A DNA stretch of 64,000 nt from Octopus vulgaris (taxonomy: Eukaryota): positions 127,596,001-127,660,000 of the forward strand of contig OX597814.1 in assembly GCA_951406725.2 (NCBI GenBank). Direction: 5' to 3'. The notes beneath the pieces were generated by a model. That model ran no database searches. It saw nothing but the letters and a program-made list of their open reading frames with translations, and was not told the DNA's origin. Of the stretch, positions 38,404 to 50,753 are shown one piece after another (the stretch's first letter is position 1; each line of letters starts with the position of its first letter). The position numbers and the translations under genes were made by a program.

Positions 38404-38571
38404 GTAAGTTTTTACTTCCACATTTTGATATATAAGTTGGTACTAATTCTGAATGAGAATTTTGTCATTGAACAAAGTGTGTTCCCCCTACCCTCTTCTC
38501 TGTTTCTCTCTTTCCATTTCCATTGAAAATCTTTAAGATGTCCCAAATATTTGCTGATAATTTCTAATCAA

Positions 38572-39010
38572 CATCATCATCATCGTTTAACATCCGTTTT
38601 CCATGCTAGCATGGGTTGGACTATTTAACTGAGGTCTGGCAAACTAGATGCCTGCACCAGGCTCCAATCTGATCTGGCAGAGTTTCTACAGCTGATGCCC
38701 TTCCTAATGCCAACCATGCCGAGAGTGTAGTGGGTGCTTTTACGTGCCACCGGCATGAGGGCCAGTCAGCCGGTACTGGCAATGGCCACGCTCAAGTGGT
38801 GCTTTTTATGTGCCACCTGCACAGGAGCCAATCCAGCAGCACTGGCAACGACCTCGCTCGAATGTTTTTTTCACGTGCCACCAGCACAAGTGCCAGTAAG
38901 GTGATGCAGGTAACGATCATGCTCGAATGGTGCTTTTTACGTGCTACCAGCATGGGAGCCAGCTTGTTGCTCTGGCAACGATCACACTCGTATGCTACTC
39001 TTAGTGCTCA
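38572..39010 (-). mobile_element. RTE LINE 3' end with tandem structured repeats
   Basis: Reverse complement of the 11425-12076 type. Similar copies at 46992-47470(-), 54808-55262(-), 55660-55938(+) and 57580-58116(+). Confidence 0.8.
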
Positions 39011-39981
39011 CCCAAGCAATATTCTGATGACAGTAATGTCAACTTCTGCAGTAACTCTGATAATGTGCCTAAAAATTACAATGATTCAGTTCCTGGCCAA
39101 TAATAGTTTTTAAGTCCATTTCTCCTGCTCCTAATATTACTATATGAAATATCCTGTCTTCATTAAAAAAAACTGTATACCTCAAGTTCAAGATTTTATT
39201 GCTGGAACTTCATTTTACAATAATTCTTTGAGAAGCAAAAGTGCCTGTGAAGAGCATGTAAAAGCGCCCGGCACACCCTGTGAAGTAGTTGGCATTAGGA
39301 AGAGCATTCAGCCATAGAGACCATGCTAAATCAGACTGGAATCTGGTGCAACTCACCAGCTTGTGAGCTTTGATCAAACCATCCAACCCATGCCAGCATG
39401 GACAATGGACGTTAAATGATGGTGATGATTTTGCATTAATTTCAATGTAATATTTTCATTAACACAGAGGAAAATGTACAATTTAGATGCAATTATCTTA
39501 ATATTGCTTCCTACTTGCATACTTGAATTCTTTACTTTAATTCTTTCCTATCTTAATTTGTAAAAGAGCTACTCTTGGGTCCCAAATAATAGAGGGGTTG
39601 GAATAAGCAGGTGGGTTGGATATTTGCTTAAATTCATATAAGCGGGTCGGTTGGAAAATCGGTATTTGTATAGCGGTAACTGTATAAAATTTTAAAATTT
39701 TCTAGGTTGTCTCTCTTGATTTTCTTTTTTTTTTAAACCTGTTATTTACTTTTTCGTTTTGGGATTTGGTTTGCAAGATTCTTTATATGAGTTCGTGTGT
39801 TGAAGCATATTCTGTTGTGTCTGGGGAGAGTTATTTTCTTTTTGTGCCTTATAATGTAACACACTCACCGGTAAAATTTTAGGACAATAAAAATAAGAAA
39901 AAAAGTGGAAATTTTACCGATGAATGTGTTACATTATAAGGCACAACAAGAAAATGACTCTCCCCAGACACAACAGTTATT

Positions 39982-42900
39982 TACTCTCCAGTCCCAAATA
40001 ATAGGTGGGTGTGTTGAAATAAGCGGGTGGGTTGGACATTTGCTTAAATTCATATAAGCGGGTAGATTGGAATAAACAGAGGTGGGTGGGAATCAGTAAC
40101 AGCATAGTGTATATACGAAAATTAGAAAAAAAGCATCTTAAAGTACATATAACAACACAACGAGGCAAAAGAAATTAACAAGAGGCAAGTGAAATTAGCA
40201 CACACGTGTACTTCAAACGTTCACTTCAGTTAAGATATACATTTGGATAATAAAAACAAGACATTTGTTAATTATGGTAATTTGGGGATTTTTTTTAAAT
40301 GCTGTGGACTAAACAGATATTGATATAAGCAACATGTCTTAAAAAGAAAGAAAAGTAAAACACAATGAAAAGAGTATGTAATTACTGTTTTGTGAACTTG
40401 CAGTATTTTTATACCATACATAATAAAACATAGCACTCCATAAATAGGTATAAATGATAGACTCATGATTTTTCATCACTGTCCTTCTGCAGATTTCTTG
40501 GTTTCAATATTCGCTTCTTTACAGATTGCCAAGCTTCACTGACAGTTGACATGAGTTGACATGCTTTGATATGGCAAGAAAAGTGTAGAGGTCTTGTTTT
40601 TATATAACACCTGTATTTTTTCAAGGAACAGGGCATCTTTATTAACCTGTTCATCACTGCTGATTCCTATTAGAGAGATAGAGCTTCCTATCATCATGTT
40701 TGGTCGACCATGCTGTGGCTCCTGTGAAACCTCCATGGGGATTTTTCCAGATGGGTCAATCACCTCCAGAAGATTCCAAGATGGCTTGCTTTCATCTACC
40801 GATTCACTTTTGGCAGTTTTTTCTTCTGTGCCATCACCATCAAATAGTTTTGAGCCTTCAATATTATTTGCATGCTTGACCCCTTTCAGTAGAATTAAGT
40901 TCTTCATGACTCTCTGAATAGTATTTGGCCAGGGTTTTGATGTCACGAAACTCTCACAGCAACAGACCGATGAGATGCATGATTCAGTCTGACCCCTTAT
41001 AATTTTCAGAGCCATCGAAAGTATTTGTGGCCCATGTCAACTTGAAAGCAGCTTCAACATCAATCTGCATGTGCTTGTTATAGCATCTGCATTATCTTGG
41101 ATCGATTGGGTGTGGGTGTTTTCTCTATTTTGTGATGTTTTGCTTTCAATTGTTTGTACAAGTGTGTCATTAACTTGAACAAATCCAGAGATACTACCAC
41201 TGATGATGACTAGTACATAACCCCTTTCCTAGATGGCATCTCTTCAAATGCACCATGTAATCATCAAGCACATAAATGGCAAATTTTGCATGTGAAAGCA
41301 TATTGAATCAGTTTGGAAGGTTTTCAATAGTACAGAGTTGCTGTCCTAATCTATAAGAACCTTTAGAAGACCATTGATATTTCATTGTAGGCACGGCATT
41401 CAGTAGTGGTGGTCTTTTTCCAGTTCCTTTCAATACAAACTCTGGAATAAGATTGAACCATTGCTAACCTGTGTGAACACCATGATACATTCCCTAGACA
41501 AATGCTGGTTTTCTTTGACGAATGTATCTTAATTTCTGAATGACAAGGTAGCTTTTCTGCTACTTTCATTCCGGTGCAAGGACATTTGATTTCCATTGAT
41601 AATAGGAGGATCTACACTAAATTTGTCAAGGAATTAACAATGCACACTCCATATGTTCTTCAAATAATCCTGAATGCACTCAGCACATTGCTCTTTGGAG
41701 ATTGAAATATGTTTGTTTGGAAATTTCAGTAATACCCCGTACTCTTTTTGCTAACCTTTCATCCACCTTTTTGAAAAACAAAGATTTTCCACACTTGGTG
41801 TGCTTGGGTGTTGGCAAATCTACTCCTCGTAAAATTTCTCAGCCTGTAATAGGAAAAGAGCTTGTGGTAATCTCACATGCAGTGATGTTCTAACATCCAC
41901 AAACCCTTTAAACAAGATGCCTTCATGCTTGGTGCTTTTGTTTTATGACCTCCTCCAACGATTCTGAAACGTTTCTTTGTATTGTTTTCAGTGCTATCGG
42001 GTTTGCCTTTCAGATATTTTTCATAGCAGTATTTGGCTACTTTAACAATAGAATCAAATAGCTGATCAGAGTTTTTGACACTGGCCAAATTTGAGTAAAA
42101 CAAGCAAACTGTTTTGGCAAGATATCCAAGTTTCAGGACGTCTGGGACATGGTGTTTCCTTTTAGCAACCCAATGAGTTTTCCCTTTCATTTGCTCTAAT
42201 TCAGAATCATACTCCTCTTTGCATTTGTTCATCATGATAGCAAGTGCTTGCTTTTCTTCTATAAAATAATTTCCATATATCACACCACAAAATACTTTTT
42301 TCTCTGCCATTATGCTATGAAAAATAGTTCAAAGAGAAATTACTTGAGCCGTGTTGATGTTGTTAAATCCTTATTCCATAAAAAGCTTGTCCTGTAAGGA
42401 TAAACAGTTCGTCATTGAAGTTCTTAGTTTGTATGGAATTTGTGTTGGCATTTGGTAGAGAAATCATAGAGAAATTGAAAATAAAGATTTGCTGACTACA
42501 GTGTAGAGTGGCAGTAAAGTCACTTGTATGTTACAGACTGGGGCAGTTGTCCAGTGTAAAGTTTTTATAAACTCTGGCTGGTTGTAAAGCATATTTTCTG
42601 ACAGCAATTTCCTTGTATTCTATGTGTCCTGAAGCAGGTGTGTTGTGTCTCGAAATGATTGATCTTTTTAGGGTTGAAGGTTATCAATGCCCTAAAATGT
42701 TGAAGGCTCACCTGCATGAACATTGGCTACAATATACTGTGGATAAATATTTTTCTTCCATGTGTTACGAAAAAGAATAGAACACTCCAGGTTTTCTTCC
42801 CATTCCTGTCATCTGGGTTTTTTTTTATCGTGCTGTTTCACAATTTGTGTCAGTCAAAATAATAGTGAATTCCCCCAGAGTTGTGTTTTGTACTAGTAAC

Positions 42901-43505
42901 AGGAATCAGTTTAATTGACTTTCCCCTTCCCTTTAAATTACTAGCCTTGTGCTTAAGCATTGAGCAAAGTGCCTTGCAGCATTACATTCTGAGTTCAATC
43001 CCGCTGAGGTCAGCTTTATCTTTCATCCCTACAGGGTCAATAAAATAATGCACCAGTAATGTAGTGGGCTGCTTTAATCCACTTGTCCCTCCCCACAAAT
43101 TGTTGGCCTTGTGCCTGAATGAGAAATCATTAAAATTTGCTAGGCTGTCACCCTTGATTTCTTTCTAAAACTAGAATTAGTTATTTAGTTTATATAATCC
43201 TATTTATTTTATAACATATGGTATTACTTGTAATGTTCTTTTTTTTCTGTCATATATATATATAATGTTTTTAATGTAAAATAAAATTATTATTAGATTC
43301 TCCAGCTGTTGTATCAATATGAATAGCTTAGAATAAAATTTCACCAGAGATAGATTAGCAAAATTTAATAAGCAAGGTAGGTTGGAAAAAAGCAGAGAGG
43401 ATATTAAAAATTAATAAGCGGTAGGCGGATAAAAGCATGAGGGTGGAAAAAATCTGAAAAATTGATAAGCGGCAGGGAGGGAGGTGTCTTATACAAGACC
43501 CCCAT
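39982..43505 (-). mobile_element. Decayed pogo/Tigger-type DNA transposon
   Basis: Minus-strand fragments KKRFRIVGGGHK (ORF 41873-42310) and VLDDYMVHL, VLVIISGSISGFVQVNDT (about 41160-41280) resemble a CENP-B HTH lead-in and DDE_1 motifs. ATAAGCGG subterminal repeats occur at both ends; the left end is duplicated at 39570-39670. Boundaries approximate. Confidence 0.6.
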
Positions 43506-44135
43506 GTGTCTGTGTGTGTGTGTATGTATCACAAACATAATTTTGTAAATGAGAAGTTCATTTCTTAACCATGTGATTTCAGGATTAGTTTCATTGCATG
43601 ACACATTGAGCAAGTGTCTTCTGCTATGACCCAGGCCAACCAGAGACTAGAGTGAATTTGGTAGATGGAAACTGAAAAAAAGCATGTTGTCCATGCATGT
43701 GTGTTATGTGTGTGTGAGTGTGTGCACATGTGTACATTTGTATCAGCATTTCTCAGACAGTTGCTCCACTAGAAGTAGAGAGGTTCTTGTCTTTTCTCTC
43801 ATCAACTAATCACTGGCTTTGTGCCTTCAAACATGGGTGGAATGATAAGAGAGCTCTTGAAAAACAGCTAAGGATTAGTGACAGGAAGGACATCTGGCTA
43901 TATAAGAGTGCCTCAACAACTTACTCTCTAATTCATGTAAGCACAGAATAACAGTTGTAAAGTGAGAATTGATATATTGTCGTCATCATTTAACATCTGT
44001 TTCCTATGCCAGCATGAATTGGATGAGTTGAGAGGAGGGTGCAGTAGTACTGAGGGAGATGGCTTTGTACCAATATTGAGAGGTTAGAGTATGAATAGAT
44101 GGACCTATGTGTATATGTATGTATGTATGTATATA

Positions 44136-44182
<47 letters not shown>

Positions 44183-44185
<3 letters not shown>

Positions 44186-44652
44186 AAATGAGAAAATGGA
44201 GAAACATACCTAAATCAATCATCAACCATCAGATAATACCCAATCAATACTTTATTAAACCATTACACAACAGCAATGATATTATACATTAATATAGTAC
44301 AAATATAACAAGACATAGAAATAGAAATAGAAAATACATTTACATTGTAGCTGACAGCTGTTTCGGCCGTGAAGACAGGTATGTCCCATTTAACCTATTA
44401 GCCATATAAAGCAGGTATACCTGCTTTATATGGCTAATAGGTTAAATGGGACATACCTGTCTTCACGGCCGAAACAGCTGTCAGCTACAATGTAAATGTA
44501 TTTTCTATTTCTATTTCTATGTCTTGTTATATTTGTACTATATTAATGTATAATATCATTGCTGTTGTGTAATGGTTTAATAAAGTATTGATTGGGTATT
44601 ATCTGATGGTTGATGATTGATTTAGGTATGTTTCTCCATTTTCTCATTTTGT
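44183..44652. repeat. Perfect 470-bp spacerless palindrome
   Basis: 235-bp arms with no mismatch seen by eye; centre GCAGGTA|TACCTGC at 44417/44418; contains GAAACAGCTGTC. Confidence 0.92.
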
Positions 44653-44955
44653 ATTATTAATTTACGGTAATAATTTTACCCTTGCCCACATAATACAGTA
44701 GATGAATTGCATCACAATTTTTAACATTTATGTATTAGCTTTGTTGGGTACTTCTCTAGCAGTATATTGGATATATGTTATCCCATGGAGGGTTGAATTT
44801 ACAACCCCTATCTCATTTTATAAATATATATATATATATAAATTTAAAATAATAAGGGTGAAAAATTGAATATTAATTTGATTAATATAAATTTAAAACC
44901 AGTGGTCTAGCATATTTAAAAATCTGAATTTTCAGAAAAAATTATATTACATACA

Positions 44956-45154
44956 TATAAAAGGAATGACCTGTAAGTGGACATCCATTATGCTAGAAGA
45001 AGATTCGCTATGGCCTTATCACTAATAAAGGAATGTTCTCAAGAAAATTTAGCAAATTTGCTAAATTTTCTTGAGAACATTCCTTTCTTAGTGGTAAGAC
45101 CATAGCAGATCTTCTAGCATAATGGATGTCCACTTACAGGTCATCCCTTTTATA
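44956..45154. repeat. Imperfect spacerless palindrome (about 200 bp)
   Basis: Centre TAGCAAA|TTTGCTA at 45056/45057; arms differ by a few substitutions and a small indel. Confidence 0.88.
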
Positions 45155-45976
45155 CTTGTTCATGTTGCCTTGAATAAATACAGATAATATGAACTAGAGA
45201 TGACTTTTTAATGTTCCGGAGACAAAGCAACCTCACTAGTGCTGGTGCCATGATAAAATTCATCATGCACACACTGTCAAGTGGTTGATAAGTGAATGGA
45301 GATATCTTTGGTCTTGCTAGTGACAACCTCTGTAGTGTTGGTGCCACAATAAAATGCATAGAGTACACTCTGTAAAGTAGTTGGATGAAAGGCATCCAGC
45401 TATAGAAACCTTGCTAAAAATGGTACATCTTGTTAACCCATTAGCACCCATGGTCCTTTTTTTAGGACGAGAGGGATAATCCATCATATTTCTGCAACAC
45501 ATGTATTTTTCTGAGATACTGGAGTCTTTCAAATATTGTAATTAAATTTTTTTTATATATTAATATCAGATAAAGTTGTATAAAAAAAGATTTTTGGTGA
45601 TAAATCAAATAAAAAGTTTGGGCACTAATGGGTTAAAGTAGAAAACAGGCCCCTTAATGACTGAATGAATAACTACTGTTCGATAAGTGTTGTTTTCTGG
45701 AATTATTCTTAGGATAATTGTATGAAATTAACTATATGCATGGCATCCCTTGGAAATATTGTGAATCAATTTTCACTGTAGGCATGTGCCCTGCACTCAG
45801 TTTTAGTAGTCCATGTAGAACTTTCCTTGTAGGAAGCCCTATCTGAGCAACTGAAACTGTGTTGAGGCACTCTATGAGATTTTCTATGGAATATTATTCA
45901 ACGTGCCCATAGTTAGTACACACTTGTATAAATATACCCCCATAGCAATGCAACCATGTTTTATTGTATTTTCTAG

Positions 45977-46054
45977 TTTTGGGATGTCACAAATTCTAAA
46001 CGTCAAGAAGAAGTGCTAGTATCCGGTTCTCCAGTTTGGAAGGCTCGCTACACT
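45977..46054 (+). CDS. WDR59: WDR59 coding exon 9
   Basis: FWDVTNSKRQEEVLVSGSPVWKARYT; AG/GT; phase 0 to 0. Confidence 0.93.
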
Positions 46055-46299
46055 GTAAGTATACATTATAATTTAATGTTCTGAAATTCAGTTTTAATTT
46101 TCATCCCCATTTTCAAAGAACTCTGTAAAAACATACATTTCGTTTGGAATAATCTGTGTTCTTAAACCTAAACTGAACTACCATCAAAAACTGTATGCAA
46201 TTGTGTGTTAGATCTTTCATATATGTTCATTATATGTTAAATACTATGAAATGTAGATGAAAAAACAACTTGGCAAAAGATGAGACATTTTTATACTGT

Positions 46300-46625
46300 A
46301 TTGCTCAGTGGATAGAGCATCAGGCTCACAATCATGAGGTAGTGAGTTCGATTCCCAGACCAGGCTGTGTATTGTGTTCTTGAGCAAGACACTTTATTTC
46401 TTTTATTTAGTTCACTCATCTGTAGAAATGAGTTGCAACATCACTGGTGCCAAGCTGTTTCAGCCTTTCCCTTTCATAACATTGGTGGCATGGAAAAGGG
46501 TGGCTAGTATGCATGGGTGACTTCTAGCCTTCCACAAAAACAGCCTTGCCTGGACTTGTGCCTCAGAGGGAAACTTTCCAGGTGCAATCCTATGGTCGTT
46601 CATGACTGAACAGAGTCTTTACCTC
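46300..46625 (+). mobile_element. tRNA-derived SINE, third family
   Basis: gctcagtggatagagca (A box), gagttcgattccc (B box), ttgagcaagacacttt core. Related heads near 27945 and 21740(-). Confidence 0.65.
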
Positions 46626-47697
46626 TATATACTAACTACATAAAAAATTACTTATTTTGCACCACTATATACTTGTTATATAACTGTTGGAGTTTTACAC
46701 CATTTGGCATTAGGAAGGGTATCCAACCATAAAAACCATGCCAAATCAGACATTGGAACTCGACACAGTCCTTAGACATCAGTTCCTGTTAAACCATCCA
46801 ACCTATACCAGCATGAATTCACTTGGTTTGACAAATTCTAATACTTCCATATTCATTTAACCAATCAAACTAATTATATTTTCAAATGACATTGCAACAA
46901 AATATTAGTAAAGGTATATGGAAAAAATGGAAACATAGGCCTAAGATAAACATAACAAATTGCCAATAACATTTAATAGAAAAGCAATCCATCATCATCA
47001 TCATCATCGTTTAACGTCCGCTTTCCATGCTGGCATGGGTGGGACGATTTGACTGAGGACTGGCAAACCAGATGGCTGCACCAGGCTCCAATCTGATCTG
47101 GCAGAGTTTCTACAGCTGGATGCTCTTCCTAACTCCAATCACTCCGAAAGTGTAGTGGGTGCTTTTACGTGCCACCAGAATGAGGGTCAGTCGGGCGGTA
47201 CTGGCAACAGCCATGCTCTAGTGGTGTTTTTTATGTGCCACCTGCACAGGAGCCTGTCCAGCGGTACTGACAACGACCTTGCTCGAATGTTTATTTTCAC
47301 ATGCCACCAGCGCAAGTGCCAGTAAGGCGATGCAGGTAACAATTACGCTTGAATGGTGTTTTTACATGCCACTGGCATGGAGGCCAGCTTGTTGCTCTGG
47401 CAACGATCCTGCTCGTATGGTACTCTTAGCACTCCACTAGCACGGATGCCAGTCATCGAATTTGATTTCAATTTTGATAGAAAGGCAATCCAATATATTC
47501 TATGTAACAGCTAACATAGCAAATCCCTAGAGAACTAGCAGCTTTAATCTTAGAGTTTATTTATATTCTTTGTTATGAGAAGCAAAAGAATCTAATGTGG
47601 TCCAATGACTGAAACAAGTGAAGGACTGAAAAAAATGTTCTCTGAAATAAGTGATCCTCCTAACAGATCTTTCTTTCTCGTTTCCTTTCTTTCACAG

Positions 47698-47854
47698 CCT
47701 TTCCAAATTGGATTAGTCACACTTGTTCTACCTCAATTAACCAGGGAGCCATATCTGTATTTATGGAATATTTCTAACCTCAAGCAACCTGTGCACACTT
47801 TTGTAGGACATGCTGATGTTGTTTTAGACTTTCACTGGAGAAATAAAGCAAAAG
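47698..47854 (+). CDS. WDR59: WDR59 coding exon 10
   Basis: PFQIGLVTLVLPQLTREPYLYLWNISNLKQPVHTFVGHADVVLDFHWRNKAK; AG/GT; phase 0 to 1. Confidence 0.94.
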
Positions 47855-48796
47855 GTAATCTATTGATTTGTCTGTGTGAGTTTGTGTGTGAGAGTGAGAG
47901 CATGTTTTGAATGTTCCCTTTTATCAGGAATACGATAAGAGTTTTGTGGAATGTTGTGTATACGGTATGTATGGAAGGTCCATAAGGTGGCGAGCTGGCA
48001 GAAACGTTAGCACTCCAGGTGAAATGCTTAGCGGTACTTCATCTGCCGCTACGTTCAAAGTTCAAATTCCGCCGAGGTCGACTTCACCTTTCATCCTTTC
48101 GGGGTCGATTAAATAAGTACCAATTATGCACTGGGGTCGATATAATCGACTTAATCCGTTTGTCTGTCCTTGTTCGTCCCCTCTCTGTGTTTAGCCCCTT
48201 GTGGGTAGTAAAGAAATAGGTATGTATGGAAGGTAGAGAGGAAGAAGAGGATGAAGGTGGAGTTGATAGACAATATAAAGAAGAGAAAATAAGAAGAGTA
48301 GGAATCCTCATTGAGGCAGTGGTGAAAAATGATCAAATTTTGAGCCTTACAGAGATGACAAAGAACCAAGACATTTGGCAATTTGTTGTACTTGAGAAGA
48401 CCTTCCCAGGTATGTTAAATCCTGAACATAATGGTGGGTCCTTTATGTCCATTCTCCCCATTCACTCCACAACCCATCTTCCTGTCACCTCCCTCCTTTC
48501 CCCCACCCATGTTCACTACCACTGTATTTCTTCTCCTTCCTTAGATTCTCTCCCATGTACCAACTGGCATACAGTATGTTTCCATTGAATCCCTTCATCA
48601 CAACATATTCTCCTAATATCCATTCCCTCTACCTGTGTCCACTCATTATACCCACCTCATCCCAGGTTCAACTTTCCTTTCGAAATCTTGGAAACTCACT
48701 CTCTCCAATCCCTGCCCCATTTCACTTCATACACCTCCCTGTAATTTGGGTGTGTGGTCCATGATACCTTCCAATCACATTCTCACCATCTTTCTC

Positions 48797-49210
48797 GGAT
48801 CTTTTCAGTTTGAACGGCAGTTTTTTTCTAGCGGTGTCATATGAAATTGTCACCCATAATTATGACCCTAGTATCGCTCTATTGCATTTCAATCTGTTTT
48901 AGGGTTAGGGGTGGGGGGAAGGGTTTCTTTTTTTTTCTTCAGAAATGTAAATAAACCCAATCTGTTTCTTAAACGAGGGACATATTCATATGGCACAGAA
49001 TGTTTTCACCTCAATAGATGTCATTGATTGGTTGATATTGCAGAAATTGAAGAAAAAAACAACAAATATCTTACAAACTATAGAATTTTCTCAATAAAGC
49101 CAAGAGAAAAAGATGTTTTATAAACACATTCTACCAGTATACAAAGTTTAAAAGTGTTTAGTTACGTAGAAATTATTTAAAAAAAACTGCCGTTCAAACC
49201 AAAAAGATCC
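48797..49210. mobile_element. MITE with ~30-bp TIRs and 8-bp TSD (copy 1)
   Basis: TIRs GGATCTTTTCAGTTTGAACGGCAGTTTTT / AAAAACTGCCGTTCAAACCAAAAAGATCC; TSD TCTTTCTC at 48789-48796 and 49211-49218. Confidence 0.9.
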
Positions 49211-49451
49211 TCTTTCTCTCCTCTTTTTCTCTCCACCTGATGTAGCTGTTTCTCTTCTGATGCAAGACACCTTTTTCTTCCTCCACCCCAGCTGAGATGT
49301 CTTGCCTCAAAAGTTACGCTGTGACCCCACTGCTGTAGGTGCCTTGTAAAAAGCACCTAGTACACTCTTGTAAAGCGCATTTAGCCATAGAAACCATACC
49401 AAAACAGACCACAGAGCTTGGCACAGTCTTCCAACCTACCAGTTCCTGTCA

Positions 49452-50320
49452 TCATCATCATCATCATTGTTCGACCGTGGTCGAGACAATGGAATTTACC
49501 ATGCTACGCCAGACTTCACGGTCCATCATGGCATTACAGAGGTCCTGTTGCTGGATGCCTGTATCCCTGGAGATTACATCAGGGTAGGAGAGTGTGCGCC
49601 CTCTGGTATTGCGAGTAGATGGCTTCCAGAGGAGAAGAGTAGAAATTACCTCGTTTTCAGCTCTACAACAATGTCCAGTGGTAGTTTCCCATATATTTGC
49701 ATTTTGGTTGGATGGCGCTTCCACAAGAGATTTTGAGCTCTCATAAGGAGGCGAGTGTAGGTTCCATCCAACCGCCTCTCAAGCTTCTTTGATAACGTCC
49801 AGGTTTCTGAGCCATATAGTAGAATTGGTTCGACTGTGGCTTTGAAGATTTCAAGTTTGAAGTCTCTACTTAGATTTGATGACCAGATCTTATGCATGTC
49901 ATTACAGGCTGACCAGGCCATACCCTTTCTAGTTAGAAAGTCTTTTCCAGATGATGATATGTATGATCCAAGATATGAATCAGAAACCATATTTAAGGGA
50001 ACATTGTTGAGAGTATGGATGATGCAATCACTGTTGGACAGGCACTTGTTTATGTATTCAGTTTTGGCCTCATTGAGGTAAAGACCTACACAATTTGAGG
50101 CTTGTTCAAGAGATTGTAAAAGAGACTGGGCATTAGAGAGAGAATCACTGATAAGAGCGATGTCGTCAGCAAAGTCAGTGTCTGTCAAGTACTCAGCTGG
50201 GTGTCTGGAACTTCTTCTTGGTTTTATTTCAAAGCCCTTGCCAGAGATGGTATCAACTGACATACGTAGCACATAATCAACAACAATGATGAAAAGAAAT
50301 GGGGCGAGTGTGTCTCCCTG
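49452..50320 (-). mobile_element. 5'-truncated RTE/RTEX-like LINE of a second family, with 12-bp TSD
   Basis: QGDTLAPFLFII, FADD, LNEAKTE, YLG, YGSETW; (GAT)n tail; TSD CAGTTCCTGTCA at 49440-49451 and 50321-50332. Confidence 0.85.
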
Positions 50321-50563
50321 CAGTTCCTGTCAAATCATCCGCCACTTCCAGAAAATGGATGTTGAATGATGATATTTTCTATGGCTGGATGCTCTTCTTG
50401 TTGCAAATCCTGACCTGTTTCTGAGCAAGATAATATTTCCCCATAGCCAGACATGTTTACACGGTATATTGGAAAATAAATGACATTCATTTACTACAAT
50501 CACGCAATGTTAAGACAAGGAGACCCAATCATATACACACTCATACTTACATACATACATGTA

Positions 50564-50753
50564 TAAGAAAATAAGATTATTAAGGAATTAATAATTATCT
50601 TATGAACTTCATTAGCTTACAGCTGTTTCGGCTATAAGATGCAGTGGACTCGTAGTTGAGTACTTGAATCCACTGCATCCCATAGCAGAAACAGCTGTGA
50701 GCCAATAAAGTCTATAAGATAATTATTTATTCCTTTGCCATCTCATTTTCTTA
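50564..50753. repeat. Decayed fold-back palindrome with GAAACAGCTGT motif in both arms
   Basis: Arms taagaaaa...cttacagctgtttcggctat..gatgcagtgga / tccactgcatc..atagcagaaacagctgtgag...ttttctta. Confidence 0.8.

Noticed and set aside
38302-38526. Stand-alone ORFs 38302-38526, 47605-47910 and 63600-63848
   Set aside because: The first two are WDR59 exons read into flanking intron; the third is an off-frame overlap of exon 12.
40536-41015. 159-aa ORF as a nested host gene
   Set aside because: It lies within the decayed pogo-like element downstream of the DDE remnants, with no recognisable host domain or splice structure.
48899-48912. Interstitial telomere
   Set aside because: Only two TTAGGG units, internal to a MITE.
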